Shown in pieces: positions 58,772-64,000 of a stretch of DNA of 64,000 nucleotides. Positions within the stretch are counted from its first letter, which is position 1. Each line of letters opens with the position of its first letter. The position numbers and the translations under genes were made by a program. This stretch comes from an uncultured Dehalococcoidia bacterium (GTDB lineage Bacteria > Chloroflexota > Dehalococcoidia > Bin125): assembly GCA_958295515.1 (NCBI GenBank), contig CATQGW010000001.1:1006658-1070657 (forward strand). The letters run 5' to 3'. The notes under the pieces are model-generated. The model made no database searches, was not told the origin of the DNA, and worked only from the letters and a program-made list of their open reading frames with translations.

Positions 58772-60034
58772 ATGAAGCTCAGCCAGGCAGTGAAGATGCG
58801 CGCCGGCGCGCGCGGATGGTCCAAAGAACTGATCAGCAGGGTCGAGGAATCGCCCGCGCCGGTTGGCCAGATCGAAGCGCTGCTGCACATCGATATCGAG
58901 CCCGAGCGAATCGGCAAGTGGCTCGATTTCGTCGAGAGCAATCCCGATCACCCGTTCGGCACCCGCGCGCAGTTTGTGATGTTCCAGCCGGCTGGCGAGC
59001 AGGGCCTGAAGCCCACGCCGTCGGCGGACGGGATGCGGCTGTCGGATGTCGATATCGGCTCCTACGGCAACGTTCCCGATGTCTGGGATCTGCAGAACGA
59101 CACGCCGCGCGGGACGCGCCCGGTGCCCGGGCTGCATATGCCGGCCGGCTACTCGATCTTCGACCGCCACGAAGTCTGGGCCGACGGGGTGGGCGACCTC
59201 TACGAGGACGCGATCCGCGACCGCTGGATTCCCGCTACTGATCTGGACTGGAACGGCCTGCCCGATCTTTCCGCGGAAGTTGAGCGCGCCACCGGCCAGC
59301 TCTGCGCGGTCTATTCCACCTACGGTATCGCCGAGCAGAAGATCATCAGCAAGTGGTTCGAGGCGATCTCATACGGCTTCCACGAGGTCAAGCTCTTCCT
59401 CGCCACCCAAGTATACGACGCCGGACGCAAGGTGGAATCGCTGCGTAAGCGCGCCCTGCTCGGCGATGGGCTGATCGGCAAAGCGCCGCTCTCCGATGTC
59501 ACCACCGCCTGGTACTCGGCGCTGACTTTCACCGACATGATCGTGGCGCTGGATGTGGTCTACAAGTCCTACGAGGTAACGGCGTTCGAGGCGGCGGCAG
59601 AGTGGGCGCGCAGCGATTTCGACCGCGATCTGTTCAGTCGGCTCGCAGGCGACTCGCACCGCCATCTCGAGTACGGACTGAAACACCTCGAGTGGTATAA
59701 CCGCTACGCCAACCGCGCCGAGGAGCACATCAACATCTTCCTCGCCAAGGCGGAAGCAGGGCTGGCCAGCGAGCTGGCGCAGTCCAACGTCGAGCGCGAA
59801 GCGCTGGCGGTGCTCTACGCCGACGGCATCGAGCGGATCGACGCCGGCGTCGAGCAGTTGGGCAAGCTGCGCGAGCGGCAGTACGACGAATACATCGCCC
59901 GCCTCGACCAGGCCGGCGTGCAACGCCACGGCGACGCAATCGGCATTCTCCCCCTCGCAGCCCAGGACCCGCTGCTCCGCTCGCTCAACCCCGACGCGCT
60001 AGCCGAAAGCAACTTCGCCGCCACGCAGTCCTGA
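58772..60034 (+). CDS. Ferritin-like protein with degenerate ligands
   Basis: Collinear with the upstream gene (LYE.A....W....D..W; LFLATQVYDAGRK; GDSHRHL.YG) but the ExxH motifs are eroded. Confidence 0.7.
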   Translation: MKLSQAVKMRAGARGWSKELISRVEESPAPVGQIEALLHIDIEPERIGKWLDFVESNPDHPFGTRAQFVMFQPAGEQGLKPTPSADGMRLSDVDIGSYGNVPDVWDLQNDTPRGTRPVPGLHMPAGYSIFDRHEVWADGVGDLYEDAIRDRWIPATDLDWNGLPDLSAEVERATGQLCAVYSTYGIAEQKIISKWFEAISYGFHEVKLFLATQVYDAGRKVESLRKRALLGDGLIGKAPLSDVTTAWYSALTFTDMIVALDVVYKSYEVTAFEAAAEWARSDFDRDLFSRLAGDSHRHLEYGLKHLEWYNRYANRAEEHINIFLAKAEAGLASELAQSNVEREALAVLYADGIERIDAGVEQLGKLRERQYDEYIARLDQAGVQRHGDAIGILPLAAQDPLLRSLNPDALAESNFAATQS

Positions 60035-60223
60035 CGCTCCGGGTTCCAGCGCCGCGGGAAACACGCTCACCTTGCGCGGTGCGGCTTCGGCATCTTTACA
60101 CCTTGTGAGCGCGGTTGTCTCCGAACGCTCCGATAGGTTGCGTGGTGCTCTTCCCCTATCCTCGCCGTCGCCGGTGTTCGACGCCCGCTCACACCAAGAA
60201 TCTCCACCGACGGGGGACCGCTG

Positions 60224-62056
60224 ATGCCTATCTCAGCCGTGTTAGGCGCAAAGACTGTAGTCGGAGGGCTTACGCTCGCCGCGTTACTGCTGTTGGTCGG
60301 CGTTGTTCTCGGCATCGCAGACGGTTGGGAACAGGCGGAAGCACAGGGTGGAGATCGTGAGGTCGCGATCAGCGTCGGCCTCTGGCACGCCTGCGCGCTG
60401 CTCGACTCGGGCGAAGTCGAATGCTGGGGAGACAACCGGGACGGCCAAACGGCTGCGCCGAGCGGTCGCTTTAGCGCAGTCAGCGCGGGCAGCTCGCATA
60501 GCTGCGGACTGCGGGAGACGGGCGCGGTCGAGTGCTGGGGAGCCAACCGGGACGGCCAAACGGATGCACCGAGCGGTCGCTTCAGCGCGGTCAGCGCGGG
60601 CACGTCGTACACCTGTGGGCTGCGAGAGACGGGCGCGGTCGAGTGCTGGGGAGCCGACTGGTTCGGCGAAGCGGATGCGCCGAGCGGTCGCTTCAGCGCG
60701 GTCAGCGCGGGCGCGTTCCGCAGCTGCGGGCTGCGCGAGACGGGCGCGGTCGAATGCTGGGGAAACAACCGGAATGACCAAACGGCTGCGCCGAGTGGTC
60801 GTTTCAGCGCAGTCAGCGTGGGCGCGTCGCACAGTTGCGGGCTGCGGGAGACGGGCACAGTCGAGTGCTGGGGAGACAACCGGAACGGCCAAACGGCTGC
60901 GCCGAGCGGTCGCTTCAGCGCGGTCAGCGCGGGCACGTCGTACACCTGTGGGCTGTGGGAGACGGGCGCGGTCGAGTGCTGGGGTTACAACTGGAACGGC
61001 CAAACGGCTGCGCCGAGCGGTCGCTTCAGTGCGGTCAGCGCGGGCGTGAACCACAGTTGCGGGCTGCGGGAGACAGGCGAAGTTGAGTGCTGGGGCGGCT
61101 ACGAGCAAGGCCAAACGGCTGCGCCGAGCGGTGACTTCAGCGCGGTCAGCGCGGGCGCGTGGCACAGCTGCGGGCTGCGGGAGACGGGCGCGGTCGAGTG
61201 CTGGGGGGACAACTATTCCGACCAAGCGGATGCGCCGAGCGGTCGCTTCAGCGCGGTCAGCGCGGGCTGGTCGCACAGCTGCGGGCTGCGGGAGACGGGC
61301 GCGGTCGAGTGCTGGGGAGACAACAGGTACGGCGAAGCGGATGCGCCGAGCAGTCGCTTTAGTGCGGTCAGCGCGGGTGGGTTGCACAGCTGCGGGCTGC
61401 GGGAGACGGGCGCGGTCGAGTGCTGGGGAGGCAGCAGGTACGGCGAAGCGGATGCGCCGAGCGGTCGCTTCAGCGCGGTCAGCGCGGGCGCGGAGCACAG
61501 CTGCGGATTGCGAGAGACGGGCGCGGTCGAGTGCTGGGGATGGAACGAATACGGCCAAACGGATGCGCCGAGCGGTCGTTTCAGCGCGGTCAGCGCGGGC
61601 GCGGAGCACAGCTGCGGATTGCGGGAGACGGGCGCGGTCGACTGCTGGGGAGACAACAGCCGCGGCCAAACGGATGCACCGAGCGGTCGCTTCAGTGCGG
61701 TCAGCGTGGGCTGGTCGCACAGCTGCGGGCTACGGGAGACGGGCGCGGTCGACTGCTGGGGATACGAGTTCGACGGGCAGGCACAACCAGCCGGCAAGCA
61801 TCTTCAAATCAGCGCTGGTGTGTATCACGCCTGCGCAGTGAGCGAAGACGGAACCGTCTCCTGCTGGATGATCTTCAACGGCGCTGCCGATGTGCCGGCC
61901 TGGCTGCGCCCAGCCAGTCTCCCGTCCACCGGCACAGGCGGCCTGCTGGACCGCCGCATTGGCGCTCTGGAGCTGGGTGTAATCGCCCTCGTGGCGCTAG
62001 GCATCCCGACGCTATCGCTGCTCACGCTGTCGGCATGGCGTCGGAGCCGTCCATAG
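60224..62056 (+). CDS. Secreted RCC1/BLIP-II-like repeat protein (14 repeats) with LPxTG sorting signal
   Basis: Same signal peptide and 37-aa repeats as 34155..36206; ends with LPSTG, a hydrophobic helix and WRRSRP. Confidence 0.9.
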   Translation: MPISAVLGAKTVVGGLTLAALLLLVGVVLGIADGWEQAEAQGGDREVAISVGLWHACALLDSGEVECWGDNRDGQTAAPSGRFSAVSAGSSHSCGLRETGAVECWGANRDGQTDAPSGRFSAVSAGTSYTCGLRETGAVECWGADWFGEADAPSGRFSAVSAGAFRSCGLRETGAVECWGNNRNDQTAAPSGRFSAVSVGASHSCGLRETGTVECWGDNRNGQTAAPSGRFSAVSAGTSYTCGLWETGAVECWGYNWNGQTAAPSGRFSAVSAGVNHSCGLRETGEVECWGGYEQGQTAAPSGDFSAVSAGAWHSCGLRETGAVECWGDNYSDQADAPSGRFSAVSAGWSHSCGLRETGAVECWGDNRYGEADAPSSRFSAVSAGGLHSCGLRETGAVECWGGSRYGEADAPSGRFSAVSAGAEHSCGLRETGAVECWGWNEYGQTDAPSGRFSAVSAGAEHSCGLRETGAVDCWGDNSRGQTDAPSGRFSAVSVGWSHSCGLRETGAVDCWGYEFDGQAQPAGKHLQISAGVYHACAVSEDGTVSCWMIFNGAADVPAWLRPASLPSTGTGGLLDRRIGALELGVIALVALGIPTLSLLTLSAWRRSRP

Positions 62057-62080
62057 AGCTGGGTACGGCTGCCCCCCTTT

Positions 62081-62128
62081 CCCGTCATTCCCGCCCCCTT
62101 TCCGTCATTCCCGCGAAAGCGGGAATCC
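62081..62128. repeat. REP (dRS3-like) plus half-site
   Basis: CCGTCATTCCCGCGAAAGCGGGAATCCC. Confidence 0.85.
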
Positions 62129-62216
62129 CCCCGCCCCACCTCCCAACCCCGCAATGCAACCCCCAACACCCCGCCCAATTTGACAAAACCTACCCCACCA
62201 GCGTCCAATACAGAAC

Positions 62217-62894
62217 ATGAGTGCCGCCACCATCTCCCCCCAACAACGCCAGCGCATCCTCCACGCCCACTACCTCCGCCAAACCGGCGCCGGCCCCAAA
62301 AGCATCGCCGCGAATCTCCAGGCCGACCCGGCCGTCATCCAAGAAGACCTCCAACTGCTCGAACAGCACTGGCACGACATCGCCCGCCAAGCCGCCAACG
62401 ACGCCCTGCTCGCCTCCCTCGCCGCACTCCAGACCGCCCTCACCAACTTCCTCCAACCCCACCCCGACGGACGCTACCGCTACGCCCCCAAGCTCGAAGA
62501 GCTCCTCCCCCTCTGCCGCGAACTGCGCCAGATCGCCCACCAACTCCACAAACACAGCCAGATCGATCGCCCCGAATCCCCCACTGACCACCCCGACGAC
62601 CAGCTCGCCGCCCCCGAACCGGATCGATCAAAATCGATCAGGATCGATCACAGTCGATCACAGTCGATCACAATCGAACACAATCGAACAACATCGAACA
62701 CCCCCAAACCGCCCCGACCAGATAGAAACCCCACCCCCACCCCCCCGAAAAGCACCCCCGAAACCGAAAATTCCCAAATCTCCCCCGAGCTGCGCGCCGA
62801 GGCACTCGAATTCCTCAAAGAAAACGCCGCCCTCCCCGCCGCCCCCCCGCCCCCGAGCGGGAATCTTCTGGCGGGCAATGAGCTCGTCCGCTAA
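62217..62894 (+). CDS. Hypothetical HTH-like protein; paralog of 2777..3502
   Basis: MSAATISPQQRQRIL.AHYLRQ.GA...IAANL.ADPA.IQ.DL.LLEQHWHDI; 10-bp repeats at ~62616..62702. Confidence 0.7.
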   Translation: MSAATISPQQRQRILHAHYLRQTGAGPKSIAANLQADPAVIQEDLQLLEQHWHDIARQAANDALLASLAALQTALTNFLQPHPDGRYRYAPKLEELLPLCRELRQIAHQLHKHSQIDRPESPTDHPDDQLAAPEPDRSKSIRIDHSRSQSITIEHNRTTSNTPKPPRPDRNPTPTPPKSTPETENSQISPELRAEALEFLKENAALPAAPPPPSGNLLAGNELVR

Positions 62895-64000
62895 CGGAGC
62901 GCGGCGGCGAGGTATTCGGCGATGTGGCGAGGTGCGCGCTTGGTGAAGTGCGTAATTTGCTGGCGGCACGAGACGCCGGTGACGGCGACGGGCGCGTCCT
63001 CACGAGCGCGCAGCGCGGGGAAGAGGCGCAGCTCGCCCATCGCCTGCGAGATTTCGTAGTGCTCCGTCTCGAAGCCGAATGAGCCGGCCATCCCGCAGCA
63101 GCCGGAGTCGATGATTTCCGCCGCGTAGCCCGCATTGCGGAGGGCTTGCAGCGTCTGGTCGAAGCCCGCCAGCGCCTTCTGGTGGCAGTGCGCGTGCAGC
63201 AGCAGCGGGCCGCGATCCTGCGCGTCGAAGATTTGCGGCGCGTCGGTGGCGGACAGTTCGCGCGCGAGCCATTCATCGAAGAGCAGCGCGCGGCCGGCAA
63301 GCTTGCGCGAGGCGTCGTCGCGCAGCAGCAGCGGATATTCGTCCCGCAACGTCAGCAGGCAGGAGGGTTCGAGCCCAACGACGGCCCCATACGCCGACAG
63401 CGCCGCGACATTGATCGCGGCCTGCCCGCGCGCCTGGTCGAGGAGGCCTTTGGAGATCGCGGGGCGTCCGCAGCAGGCGGCGTTCTCCACCACGGCAACG
63501 CGGTAGCCGAGCGCCTCGATGATCCGCGCCGCCGCCAACCCGACCTCGGGGTGGAAGTGGTTGGTGAAGGTGTCGATGAACAGCGCCACTTTGCCGCGCG
63601 CGGTCGCGGGCGCCGCCGCGCGGTCCTGGAGCTGACGCTGCAAGGTGCGCGGAGCGAAGCGGGGCAAAGCGCGTTCGCGGTGGACGCCGGCGCGGTGCAG
63701 CAGATCGCGCGCGACGGGCAACTCTGCGAGCGCGTTTGCCAACGCGGGCATCAGGCTGCCGATCCGCGCCAGCGCGGCGATGTTGGCGAAGGCGCGGTCG
63801 CGCAGCGGCGCGCCCTTCACCGCGTGGCGCTGCCAGAGCGCCTCGTACTTGAGCTTCGCCAGATCGACGCCCGAAGGGCACTCCGCTTTGCAGGCTTTGC
63901 ATTCGACGCAGAGGTCGAGCGCGGCATGCAGCCGGTCGCCCGCCAGCTCTTCCGCCGGCAGCGCGCCGTTCAAAATCTGGCGCAACAGATTGGCGCGGCC
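62891..64000 (-). CDS. Fe-S oxidoreductase with CCG domains (YdiJ/GlcF-like), C-terminal part
   Basis: CVECKACKAECP, CCGRP, LEPSC, HAHCH, CCGMAGSFG, SCRQQI; 5' end lies beyond the window. Confidence 0.9.
   Translation of the reverse strand, partial: GRANLLRQILNGALPAEELAGDRLHAALDLCVECKACKAECPSGVDLAKLKYEALWQRHAVKGAPLRDRAFANIAALARIGSLMPALANALAELPVARDLLHRAGVHRERALPRFAPRTLQRQLQDRAAAPATARGKVALFIDTFTNHFHPEVGLAAARIIEALGYRVAVVENAACCGRPAISKGLLDQARGQAAINVAALSAYGAVVGLEPSCLLTLRDEYPLLLRDDASRKLAGRALLFDEWLARELSATDAPQIFDAQDRGPLLLHAHCHQKALAGFDQTLQALRNAGYAAEIIDSGCCGMAGSFGFETEHYEISQAMGELRLFPALRAREDAPVAVTGVSCRQQITHFTKRAPRHIAEYLAAALR

Overview
High-GC bacterial chromosomal window. Gene content (LLM/F420 oxidoreductases, CaiB/BaiF pairs, amidohydrolase, Mo-hydroxylase, LPxTG protein, leaderless genes) suggests Chloroflexota/Dehalococcoidia; this is inference only. 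The housekeeping backbone is metH (partial), an icd/leuB-family dehydrogenase, M3 peptidase, fabG-fabD-fabF-fabF-acpP, ilvBNC, nhaA, a xanthine-dehydrogenase-family M-S-L operon with moaD, yhhQ, a CopC/CopD operon and a ferritin-like gene pair. Accessory DNA is interspersed. (1) Two type II R-M loci have methyltransferases interrupted out of frame by homopolymer tracts (C11, G15). These tracts and a third, intergenic G17 tract all abut the same TTTTA/TAAAA motif, suggesting phase variation. (2) Two secreted RCC1/BLIP-II-like paralogs each have exactly 14 repeats, a near-invariant framework, two hypervariable loops per repeat and different C-terminal modules. (3) A gmrSD-like gene is bracketed by a 39-bp duplication of the moaD 3' end. 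(4) An HTH-like orphan gene occurs twice, with a shared promoter, a LexA-like box, internal 10-bp repeats and an adjacent REP. (5) There are CGTC-type/dRS3-like REP arrays and several TA genes. No rRNA, tRNA, CRISPR array, integrase or transposase was recognised. All family calls are by motif recognition, not database search.
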